Assembly: GCA_022839995.1 (NCBI GenBank)
Contig: JALHIN010000014.1
Coordinates: 2,664-66,663 of the forward strand
DNA from: Synergistota bacterium
GTDB lineage: Bacteria; Synergistota; Synergistia; Synergistales; 79-D21
Length of the DNA: 64,000 nt
Reading direction: 5' to 3'
Both the position numbers and the translations under genes were made by a program. A model generated the notes under the pieces. That model did no database searches, was not told the origin of the DNA, and saw only the letters and a program-made list of their open reading frames with translations. Of this stretch, positions 25,463 through 34,095 are shown in pieces; the first letter of the stretch is position 1, and every line of letters starts with the position of its first letter.

Positions 25463-26683
25463 ATGAACAAACCGGTTCAGGAATGGATTAAAGAACACGA
25501 GGAAGAAATGGTCGAGGCTCTTTGCGGATTGGTCCGAATTCCGGCCGTGAGCCCGAAAGACGGCGGTACAGGCGAACAAGAGAAGGCGAAATGGCTGGCG
25601 GAATTGATTCGCCGGCTTGGACTGCCGGAACCGGAATGGCATGAAGCGCCGGATCCCGCGGCTTTAGGGGGGAAGCGCCCGAACCTTGTCGTTCGCATCC
25701 CTGGAAGAACCGATGCCAGGACCTGGATCGTGACGCACATGGATGTCGTTCCCGAGGGAGACCGCTCCCTCTGGGAAACGGATCCCTTCCTGCCCGTGGT
25801 CAGGGACGGCCGCGTCTACGGCAGGGGCAGTAACGACAACGGCCAGGAACTGATCGCGAGCCTGTTTGCTGCGGCTGCCTTCGTCCGCCTCGGCATCACT
25901 CCCGAAACGGAACTCGACCTTGCCTTCGTGGCAGACGAGGAACTTGGAAGTGTTTTCGGCATCAGTCACTTGATCGGGAAAGGTTTGTTCCGGTCCGAGG
26001 ATCTCGTGGTCGTTCCGGATGGCGGGAACGACAAGGGAGATTTTATTGAAGTGGCGGAAAAGTCCGTGCTTTGGGTCGAGTTTACCCTCCAGGGGAAGCA
26101 GGTCCACGCCAGCCGACCGGACCTTGGAAACAATGCCTGCCGCGCGGCCAACCGGTTTTCCGTTGAACTGGACGACGCCCTTCACAAGGCTTTCCCCGAA
26201 AGGAACGACCTTTTCGAACCTCCCTATTCGACCTTCGAACCGACACGGCGGCTTGCAAACGTTGCAAACATCAACACCATTCCCGGAAAGGAGGTCCTGG
26301 CTTTCGATTGCCGGGTCCTTCCTGAAACGCCCCTTGAGGCGGTGGAGTCCGTGATGCAGGACGTTGGGAAATCCATCGAGAAGAAACACGGGGTGTCGGT
26401 AAGTCGGGAGATGATCCAGAGGGCCTCTGCGGCTCCTGCAACTCCTACCGAAGCGCCCGTGGTTACCCGCCTTCGGGCTGCCGTCCGAGGGGTTTACGGT
26501 TTTGAGCCGAGGATCGGGGGAGTCGGAGGAGGAACCTGCGCAGCGCATTTCCGAATGGCTGGAATCCCGGCTGTAGTCTGGGCGCAGGAGGCAGACACGG
26601 CCCACATGCCGAACGAATACGCGGTGATCGAGCACATGGTCAATGAAGCTCTCGTGTTTTGCAGTCTGGCCGATGCCGAATGA
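25463..26683 (+). CDS. M20 family metallohydrolase (DapE/ArgE-like)
   Basis: THMDVVPEG, GRGSNDNGQ and a C-terminal GGGTCAAHF-type region. Substrate is not assignable. Confidence 0.75.
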   Translation: MNKPVQEWIKEHEEEMVEALCGLVRIPAVSPKDGGTGEQEKAKWLAELIRRLGLPEPEWHEAPDPAALGGKRPNLVVRIPGRTDARTWIVTHMDVVPEGDRSLWETDPFLPVVRDGRVYGRGSNDNGQELIASLFAAAAFVRLGITPETELDLAFVADEELGSVFGISHLIGKGLFRSEDLVVVPDGGNDKGDFIEVAEKSVLWVEFTLQGKQVHASRPDLGNNACRAANRFSVELDDALHKAFPERNDLFEPPYSTFEPTRRLANVANINTIPGKEVLAFDCRVLPETPLEAVESVMQDVGKSIEKKHGVSVSREMIQRASAAPATPTEAPVVTRLRAAVRGVYGFEPRIGGVGGGTCAAHFRMAGIPAVVWAQEADTAHMPNEYAVIEHMVNEALVFCSLADAE

Positions 26684-26695
26684 GGAGGATCGGGA

Positions 26696-27853
26696 CTAGT
26701 CGAGGAAGGGCCAAACCCGCCACCGCATGGTAAGTACGATTCCTGCGATGAGAATCGCACTGACCCGTAGGACCGCGCCGAATCCCACCAGCTGTGCCAG
26801 TGCTGCAGCTGCAAGCGGGGCGATTGCCCAAAGAAGGTCGATGAAGGTACCGAAAAGCGTGAAAAGCGCGGTTCGTGATCGTTCGTCCGATGCCCTTGAA
26901 AGCAAGGAATACAGCAGGGGATAGACCATTCCCATCCCGATTCCATGGAGAAGTCCGCCTACAACAAAGGAAGCCGTGGTGCCCCCGATCATGGAGATCA
27001 TCGCCCCCAGGGCAATGCATCCAAAATAGGGAACTAACAGCCTTTTCCCGTACCGATCCACCCATCCGCCAAGGGCTAGGCGAGCGACGAAGGCCGAAAG
27101 AGCTTCCGGCAAGAGGAAGCTGCTGCCTGCGATCCCCCATTCCATCGCGGCATTGGCGACATACGGCATGAATCCTGCCGCGGAGAGGGCAAAAAGACTT
27201 CCGGAAAGAAGCAGCGCCCTCAGGGGAGGCTTTGCCCAGCTTTCCTGCAGGCATTCTCCCAGAGGGACGTGCGAAATGGGGCCGGGTTTTGCCGGGGTCA
27301 GTCTCCAGGAAAACACCACTGCAAAAAGGCACCCCGACAACGAGAGGGCGAAGAGAAGTCCGGGGCTGCCGCGACGTACCGTCCACTCGGCAAGGGGAAT
27401 GAGCCCCAGCTGTGGCAGTAGGGGCGCCAGGCCCGAAAGGCCGAACCCCCTACCGATCAGCCGCGTGGGGAGCACGCGTGCCTGGTGGAGAGTATTTGCG
27501 ATGGAAAAGAGTCCCCATCCGACTCCCATCAGAGAGCGTCCTAGAAGGATCATCGGGTAGGAAGGGCCCACGGAAAGAAGACCGACCCCTGCAGCAAGGG
27601 CAAGGGACCCTAGGATCATCCCGGTGCGGGATCCCCGGACGCTCAGCCAGTGGTTCACCCACCCCCGGGTTCCGAGCAGGACGAACTCGAAGATGATCCA
27701 GGCAGTCCCGATGGCCAGGGGCTCATACCCCTTTAGCTCGAGGACGAGCGGGAAGAGAAAAAAAACGGAAATGCAGGAATAAGCCGAGAGGGAAGCCCCA
27801 AGGCAAAGGAGGAAGTCCTTGGGGAATTGTCCCAGGCCAAAACTTGGTTTCAA
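26696..27853 (-). CDS. MFS transporter
   Basis: About 12 predicted hydrophobic helices. I propose the TTG start at 27853, 6 nt after GGGAGAG. The ORF-track start at 28009 would bury the tnaA-like gene's promoter and abut its start codon. Confidence 0.65.
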   Translation of the reverse strand: MKPSFGLGQFPKDFLLCLGASLSAYSCISVFFLFPLVLELKGYEPLAIGTAWIIFEFVLLGTRGWVNHWLSVRGSRTGMILGSLALAAGVGLLSVGPSYPMILLGRSLMGVGWGLFSIANTLHQARVLPTRLIGRGFGLSGLAPLLPQLGLIPLAEWTVRRGSPGLLFALSLSGCLFAVVFSWRLTPAKPGPISHVPLGECLQESWAKPPLRALLLSGSLFALSAAGFMPYVANAAMEWGIAGSSFLLPEALSAFVARLALGGWVDRYGKRLLVPYFGCIALGAMISMIGGTTASFVVGGLLHGIGMGMVYPLLYSLLSRASDERSRTALFTLFGTFIDLLWAIAPLAAAALAQLVGFGAVLRVSAILIAGIVLTMRWRVWPFLD

Positions 27854-28008
27854 AAGGATCTCTCCCGAACGTGGGCTTTTTCCCCAGGAGGGGGCGGCAA
27901 CCCGCAGGTTGTTTTCTGCTATATAATACGACCAGACGAGGAAAGGCGCTTCAACCAGACGAGCCCCCAAGCCGAGTCGAAGAAGAGATCGCATGGAGGG
28001 ACAGTTCA

Positions 28009-29403
28009 ATGGTAGACAGAATCATGCCCGAACCTTTCCGCATCAAGATGGTGGAACCCGTCACCGTACCGGACCGTTCTCAAAGGGAAAAAGCGTTGGA
28101 AGCGGGGCATTTCAACATGTTTGGCCTGAGGTCGGCGGATATTTACATCGACCTTCTCACCGACTCCGGTACAGGGGCGATGAGCAAGTACCAGTGGGCC
28201 GCCCTGATGAAGGGTGACGAGGCCTACGCGGGAGCCGACAGCTTCTACGCCCTGAAGGAGGCCGTCAAGGAAGTCCTGGGCTTCGATTACGTCATCCCGT
28301 GCCACCAGGGCCGGGCAACGGAAAACGTCCTGTTCGGTACGATGGCGAAAGCCGGGGACAGGATTCCCTTCAACATGCCCTTCGACACCACCCGCGGCCA
28401 TATTTTCAATGTCGGAGCCGAACCGGTCGATTGTGTCATCGACGAGGCCTACCAACCCGAACTCCAGCATCCTTTCAAGGGGAACGTCGACCTGAAGAAG
28501 TTGGAAAACGCCATTCTGACTTATGGAAAAGAACGGATTCCCCTGATCATGGTCACCGTGACGAACAACTCGGGCGGAGGACAGCCGGTCAGCCTCGAAA
28601 ACCTGCGTGGAGTTTCCGCCATCGCCAGGAAATATGGAATCCCGCTCTTCCTGGATGCGGCGCGCATGGCGGAAAATGCCTATTTCATCAAGATGCGCGA
28701 AGATGCCTGCAAGGGGATGACCCTAGCGGAAATCCTGAAAGCAACGATGGATTGCGCCGACGGAATCACCTGCTCCGCCAAGAAGGATCCGCTTGTCAAC
28801 ATCGGAGGAATGCTTTGCTGCCGGACGGAGGAGATGTACCATCGGCTGCTTCCCAGGGTCATCCTTTTTGAAGGGTTTGCGACTTACGGCGGCCTGGCCG
28901 GAAGGGACCTCGAAGCGCTCGCGGTGGGGCTGCGGGAGATGGTCGACGAACAGTACATGGCCCACCGGGTAGCACAGGTCAGGTATCTTGGAGATTTGCT
29001 CGAGGAGGGCGGAGTTCCGTTTGTGAAACCGGCCGGAGGGCATGCGATTTTCATCGACGCAAAGGCGTTCCTGCCGCATATTCCCCAGAAGATGTACCCC
29101 GCCGACGTTCTTTCGATCGAAATTTACCGGGAGGGGGCAATCCGGGGCATCGGGCTCGGGGCCTTGGCCTTCGCGACGGAGGACGAAAAGACCGGCGAGC
29201 TCATCCTTCCGAAACTGGAACTCTACAGGCTCGCGATCAACCGAAGGACCTACACGAACAGCCACATGGAATACGTTGCCCAGTCGATCATCGACGTTTA
29301 CCGCAGGCGTGATTCCATCCGGTACGGCCTGGTCGTCGATTACGCTCCGCCGGTCAAGGGGCTGCACCACTTCCTTGCAAGGCTCCGCCCCGTCCAGCTC
29401 TAG
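28009..29403 (+). CDS. beta-eliminating lyase: tryptophanase / tyrosine phenol-lyase family
   Basis: EPFRIKMVEP, IYIDLLTDSGTGAM, HQGRATEN, GGQPVS, FLDAARMAENAYFIK and the PLP lysine in SAKKD. Alignable end to end with E. coli TnaA and Citrobacter TPL (from memory). Confidence 0.85.
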   Translation: MVDRIMPEPFRIKMVEPVTVPDRSQREKALEAGHFNMFGLRSADIYIDLLTDSGTGAMSKYQWAALMKGDEAYAGADSFYALKEAVKEVLGFDYVIPCHQGRATENVLFGTMAKAGDRIPFNMPFDTTRGHIFNVGAEPVDCVIDEAYQPELQHPFKGNVDLKKLENAILTYGKERIPLIMVTVTNNSGGGQPVSLENLRGVSAIARKYGIPLFLDAARMAENAYFIKMREDACKGMTLAEILKATMDCADGITCSAKKDPLVNIGGMLCCRTEEMYHRLLPRVILFEGFATYGGLAGRDLEALAVGLREMVDEQYMAHRVAQVRYLGDLLEEGGVPFVKPAGGHAIFIDAKAFLPHIPQKMYPADVLSIEIYREGAIRGIGLGALAFATEDEKTGELILPKLELYRLAINRRTYTNSHMEYVAQSIIDVYRRRDSIRYGLVVDYAPPVKGLHHFLARLRPVQL

Positions 29404-29432
29404 AACCGAAAGTCCAGGAGGCAGCATCCACG

Positions 29433-29466
29433 AGGAGTCGGAACGCTCGTTCCGACTCCTTTTTTG
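29433..29466 (+). terminator. rho-independent terminator
   Basis: AGGAGTCGGAAC, loop GCTC, GTTCCGACTCCT, followed by TTTTT. Confidence 0.8.
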
Positions 29467-29492
29467 ACGGCATATCCCGAAAAATCTATAAT
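29464..29492 (+). promoter_or_regulatory. sigma-70 promoter of secA
   Basis: TTGACG (29464-29469), 17 nt, TATAAT (29487-29492). The -35 element overlaps the terminator U-tract. Confidence 0.7.
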
Positions 29493-29552
29493 GAATCGTT
29501 CTAGCCGGGGAGGATTCCCCTCCGCGGCATATGATCGTTGGGAGTTGTTGCA

Positions 29553-32231
29553 ATGTTCGAATCGCTGGTGAAAGCGCTCGGCCTGGACCCGAACGATCGG
29601 GCCCTCAAGCGATACAGGGAAAGAGTGGACCGCATCAACGCCCTCGAACCGGAAGTCGGTTCCCTGGACGATGCGGCCCTGGCAGCAAGCCTGAACGGTT
29701 TCAGGCAGCGGCTTGCCAGGGGAGAAGAGCTGGACGATTTGCTTGAAGAAGTTTTCGCGGTCGTTCGTGAGACCTCCCGTAGGCAACTGGGGATGAGGCA
29801 CTTCGATGTCCAGCTCATGGGGGGAATGGCCCTTCACGAAGGAAAAATCGCGGAGATGCAGACCGGGGAAGGGAAGACCCTGGTCGCAACCCTTGCCGTC
29901 GTATTGAACGCCCTCAAGGGTGAAGGGGTTCACGTCGTAACCGTCAATGATTACCTGGCCAGGCGCGATGCGGAATGGATGGGGAAAATTTACCGGTTCC
30001 TCGGCCTTTCCGTGGGGGTCATTTACGCGTTTATGCCACAGCAGGAACGAGCCAAGGCCTACCAGGCAGACATCACCTACGGGACGAACAGCGAGTTCGG
30101 ATTCGACTACTTGCGGGACAACATGGCCACTTCCGCCGAGCAGCAGGTGCAAAGGGGACACTCCTACTGCATCGTAGACGAGGTTGACTCCATCCTCATC
30201 GACGAAGCGAGGACCCCGCTGATCATTTCCGGTCCCTCGGAAGAGTCGGTCGAACCGTACATGACCGCAAATTCGATCGCCTTGAAACTGGTCAAGGGGA
30301 TCGACTTCGAGGTCGACGAGAAAGAGCGCAACGTGGTCCTGACCGAAAGGGGAATCCTCCGCTGCGAGGAACTCACGAGGACCCCGGAACTCTTCTCGGA
30401 GGCCCGCCATGCCGACATGGCCCACAAGATCGTCCAGGCGCTGAAGGCGCACCACCTTTTCCAGAAGGATATCCACTACGTCAACAAGGACGGGGATATC
30501 GTCATCGTGGACGAATTCACCGGCCGGCTCATGTTCGGCCGTCGGTATTCGGAAGGGCTGCACCAGGCAATCGAGGCCAAGGAACGGGTCAAGGTCGGGA
30601 GCGAGAACCAGACCCTGGCAACCATTACCCTCCAGAACTATTTCAGGATGTACAAAAAGTTGGCCGGCATGACCGGCACCGCTGCGACGGAAGCGGAAGA
30701 ATTCAAGGAAATTTACGGACTCGAGGTCGTTCAGCTGCCGACACACCGCCCCATGATCCGGCAGGCCTATCCAGACGTGATCTACCGGACCAAGAGGGAA
30801 AAATTCAATGCGGTCGCAGAAGAAGTCGCCGAGTGCTACGAGAAAGGGCAGCCGGTTCTGGTGGGAACAACCTCGATTGAAAACTCCGAGCTGGTCAGCC
30901 GCCTGTTGAAGGCCCGCAAGATTCCTCACCAGGTGCTCAACGCGAAGTACCATGAACGCGAAGCAGAGATCGTCTCTCAGGCGGGGCGCCTGAAAGCGGT
31001 CACCGTCGCGACGAACATGGCGGGAAGGGGTACGGACATCCTCCTGGGGGGGAACCCCGAGGTACTGGCGCGGGAAATCCTGAAGCAGCAGGAGATCGAT
31101 CCCACTAAAGAGGAAAAGCTTTATCGGGAGACACTTGAGAAAGTCAAGGCGGAATGCCGGAAAGAACATGAAGAAGTCGTCCGTTTGGGGGGGCTCCATA
31201 TCGTCGGAACCGAACGGCACGAGGCAAGGCGGATCGACAATCAGCTGATGGGACGTGCGGGTCGACAGGGAGACCCGGGAAGCAGCCGGTTTTTCCTTTC
31301 TCTGGAAGATGACCTGTTGCGCCTTTTCGGGTCGGAAAAGGTCCAGGGGCTGATGGGAAAATTAGGTATGGAAGAGGGGGAAGCCATCGAACACCCTCTC
31401 TTGACGAAGGCGATTGAAAACGCGCAGAAGAAAGTCGAGCAGATGCATTTCGACATCAGGAAACAACTCTTGATGTACGACAACGTAATGAACCAGCAAA
31501 GGGAAGCCGTTTATGCCGAGCGGGCAAGGATTCTCAAGGATCCGGATATCCTTGAAAACACGAGGGACCTGGTTCTGGACGTTGCGCGGAGCATCCTTGA
31601 CCAGTCCTTTCCCGCCGGGCAGGAGCCGGATGTCAAGGGGGCGCAACTGCGCTTTCGAAGCCTTTTCGGAAAGGGGTACGACGAAGAGATTTTGGCGGCG
31701 GGAGAAACCGCGGAAAGCGAACGCGATTTTGGACCGATCCTGGAAAAAGTCCGCGAGCATTTCGACGCACGGGTTTCGGCTCTTGGTGCCGAAATGGCGG
31801 CGGAAATCGCGCGCTTCATCACTTTGCATGTCCTGGACAGCCATTGGAAGGAGCACCTGCTCGCGATGGACGAACTTCGCTCCGGGATTGGGCTGAGGGC
31901 AATCGGACAAAAAGACCCGCTTCTTGAGTACCAGTTCGAATCGTATAACCTTTTCCAGGAAATGCTTGACCGGGTCCGAACGGCCATTGCCGAGACGGCT
32001 TTCCGGATCTCCATCGTCACCGAAGAGGGAACACAGAGGAGGCGAACCTTGCGGGAAAGCCGTGAAACCCTGCTTCTCCCGACCGGTTTCGGAGAACACG
32101 CCGAAGGCACTCCAGAGGCCCGTAGGACCTCCGTGGAACCGGTACGAAGGGGACCGAAAGTGGGAAGGAACGACCCCTGTCCCTGTGGCAGCGGGAAAAA
32201 ATACAAACATTGCTGCGGTCGAGGAGCGTGA
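29553..32231 (+). CDS. secA: preprotein translocase ATPase SecA
   Basis: MFESLVKALGLDPNDRALKRY..., DEAD-like motor motifs (MQTGEGKTL, IVDEVDSILIDEARTPLIISG, MAGRGTDI) and the C-terminal zinc motif CPCGSGKKYKHCCG. Confidence 0.95.
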   Translation: MFESLVKALGLDPNDRALKRYRERVDRINALEPEVGSLDDAALAASLNGFRQRLARGEELDDLLEEVFAVVRETSRRQLGMRHFDVQLMGGMALHEGKIAEMQTGEGKTLVATLAVVLNALKGEGVHVVTVNDYLARRDAEWMGKIYRFLGLSVGVIYAFMPQQERAKAYQADITYGTNSEFGFDYLRDNMATSAEQQVQRGHSYCIVDEVDSILIDEARTPLIISGPSEESVEPYMTANSIALKLVKGIDFEVDEKERNVVLTERGILRCEELTRTPELFSEARHADMAHKIVQALKAHHLFQKDIHYVNKDGDIVIVDEFTGRLMFGRRYSEGLHQAIEAKERVKVGSENQTLATITLQNYFRMYKKLAGMTGTAATEAEEFKEIYGLEVVQLPTHRPMIRQAYPDVIYRTKREKFNAVAEEVAECYEKGQPVLVGTTSIENSELVSRLLKARKIPHQVLNAKYHEREAEIVSQAGRLKAVTVATNMAGRGTDILLGGNPEVLAREILKQQEIDPTKEEKLYRETLEKVKAECRKEHEEVVRLGGLHIVGTERHEARRIDNQLMGRAGRQGDPGSSRFFLSLEDDLLRLFGSEKVQGLMGKLGMEEGEAIEHPLLTKAIENAQKKVEQMHFDIRKQLLMYDNVMNQQREAVYAERARILKDPDILENTRDLVLDVARSILDQSFPAGQEPDVKGAQLRFRSLFGKGYDEEILAAGETAESERDFGPILEKVREHFDARVSALGAEMAAEIARFITLHVLDSHWKEHLLAMDELRSGIGLRAIGQKDPLLEYQFESYNLFQEMLDRVRTAIAETAFRISIVTEEGTQRRRTLRESRETLLLPTGFGEHAEGTPEARRTSVEPVRRGPKVGRNDPCPCGSGKKYKHCCGRGA

Positions 32232-32235
32232 TCGC

Positions 32236-34086
32236 TTGAACCGGAAAAGAAGGTTCAAAGCAGGATTACGAAGGGTTTTCGGGTGGCTGCTCGTTTCGCT
32301 GTTTATCCAGGTCCTGCTCGTTTCCCTGGCTTTCGCCATGGAGGATCCCCGGCAGGAGATGAAACGGTTGCTCGAAGAGGCCCCAAGCCTGTCTTCCTAT
32401 CCAGCGGTGAAAGCGCTAGTGCTCTCAAGGTCGGTCGAAAACCGGCTGCTGGCAGACGGCAGCATGGAACGGAAGACCCGGTGGATCATCCTGTACCGGG
32501 GATCCCTCCCTGAAGGGTGGCAAACCTGGAGACTCCCCGCACCGGAAGGGGGGACCGCGCGGTTCGTTCGGGCCGAGCGGTATTCAGTCCTGGCAATCGA
32601 AAAGGCCGACCGCCTCGGGATCTCCGAAGGCGGCAACGGCGTCGCTGTCTTAAGGATCCCCGAATCGAGCGGAGAATCCATCCTGTACGTCGAAACCGCC
32701 CAGGTTTTCCCCCGTCGCTTCGAACTAGACGACCTGGTCAGCCTGGAACTGGACCTTCCCCAATGGGAATTGAGCATCGAAGTCACGGTGCCCGAAGGAA
32801 GCAGGCTGAGCTGGGCTGCAAGCGGAATCGGTCAGCCGGAACGAAGCCGGGAAAAGGGGATCGAACGGTTTTCCTGGAACGCGAAGAACCTTCCGCCCAT
32901 GCCCAAACGCACCCTCCTAGACCGGGGAATCCCAGCCTTGGGGTTCAGCCTGAAAAGCGGCCTCGTGACGTCCCTCAGAACGGTGCAGGACATCGAAAAG
33001 GGGAGTTCGCGACTGCCGCAAAGACTCTCGCGCCTGCTTTCCGGGAAAAACCCGGAAAAGACCGCGAGGGATTTCGTGGCGGCCTTGACCGCTGGGGACA
33101 ACATGGAAACGGTGCTGCCGAAAGAATCGGTACGTACCCCCGGCGGTGTTTTCCCCGAAAACGGGCCATGGACGGAATGGGAACGGACCCTCTTTGCCGC
33201 CCACGGCTTGAAGTCACTGGGCTGGTCGGTCAGGACCTGGTGGCTCCCCGCAATCCCAGTAGGACCTGAGCCTCCAGCCGGGATTGCCCTTTGGACCTCT
33301 CCTGTGCTTGAGGTGTCGGCACCAAGAAGCGGACAAAGCTTCTTTTTTACTGCCAGGCCCGACGGTGTTTTCGGCAGGACACCGAGCTGGCTGTATGGGG
33401 CAACCCTCTACCGGCTGGAAGGGGACAATGTCCTGAAGACGAAAATTCCCGAGGGGAGTCCTTCGGGGAACAGGCTTTCCGCGAAATGGCAGCTGAAGCT
33501 TGATGAGGCGGGTTTTGCCCGAGGAAAACTCCTTGTAGAGCTGAAAGGAGGCTGGGACTTCCTCCTTCGCGACGGAGAACGATCCCTCGGGGAAAGGGCG
33601 CTCCGCCTGCTCCAGGACCTGCTTTCCGGGACTCCATTCGCTTCCGGGATGGGGGAACTGAAGTTTTCGGAATCGACAAGCGGAATAGAAATCAGCGTCC
33701 CGGTAAACGGCCTTTTGGGCATCGCCTCTCAGAAGGACCTTCTCGTCCAATTCCCTTCGGTGTCGATTCCAGGGATACGGGAAATTCTCGAAGAAACCGG
33801 AACGGTCAAGCTGAGGTTCCCGTTCTCCGTCAGGCAGGAGCTCGTCCTGGAACTCCCCGCGGGATTCCGCGTTCTGGAACCCCCTTCCCTGAAGAGGAGA
33901 ACCGTCGGACGGACGGCCGTCGAAGAAACCTTCAGGAACATTGAAAAGAAATCCAGGGTGGAGACGGAACAATTGGTGACGGTTTCGGCTTCCGGCTTTG
34001 AACAGAACGATGCTGCGGGTTTGAAGGATACCCTGGCGCAGGTCCTGAGATGGGCAACGAACTCGATTCCGCTGCGAAAGCGTTGA
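32236..34086 (+). CDS. hypothetical exported protein (616 aa); tentative DUF3857 / degenerate transglutaminase-like / DUF3858 architecture
   Basis: The TTG start lies 4 nt after the secA stop. Signal peptide MNRKRRFKAGLRRVFGWLLVSLFIQVLLVSLAFA. The domain call rests on memory of the family layout only. I see no catalytic Cys motif. Confidence 0.55.
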   Translation: MNRKRRFKAGLRRVFGWLLVSLFIQVLLVSLAFAMEDPRQEMKRLLEEAPSLSSYPAVKALVLSRSVENRLLADGSMERKTRWIILYRGSLPEGWQTWRLPAPEGGTARFVRAERYSVLAIEKADRLGISEGGNGVAVLRIPESSGESILYVETAQVFPRRFELDDLVSLELDLPQWELSIEVTVPEGSRLSWAASGIGQPERSREKGIERFSWNAKNLPPMPKRTLLDRGIPALGFSLKSGLVTSLRTVQDIEKGSSRLPQRLSRLLSGKNPEKTARDFVAALTAGDNMETVLPKESVRTPGGVFPENGPWTEWERTLFAAHGLKSLGWSVRTWWLPAIPVGPEPPAGIALWTSPVLEVSAPRSGQSFFFTARPDGVFGRTPSWLYGATLYRLEGDNVLKTKIPEGSPSGNRLSAKWQLKLDEAGFARGKLLVELKGGWDFLLRDGERSLGERALRLLQDLLSGTPFASGMGELKFSESTSGIEISVPVNGLLGIASQKDLLVQFPSVSIPGIREILEETGTVKLRFPFSVRQELVLELPAGFRVLEPPSLKRRTVGRTAVEETFRNIEKKSRVETEQLVTVSASGFEQNDAAGLKDTLAQVLRWATNSIPLRKR

Positions 34087-34095
34087 TAATAGGAG

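Noticed and set aside
27993-28217. 74-aa ORF starting in the lyase leader, considered as a TnaC-like regulatory peptide.
   Set aside because: It runs out of frame deep into the lyase coding region and is far longer than known leader peptides. It is better explained as a chance overlapping ORF.
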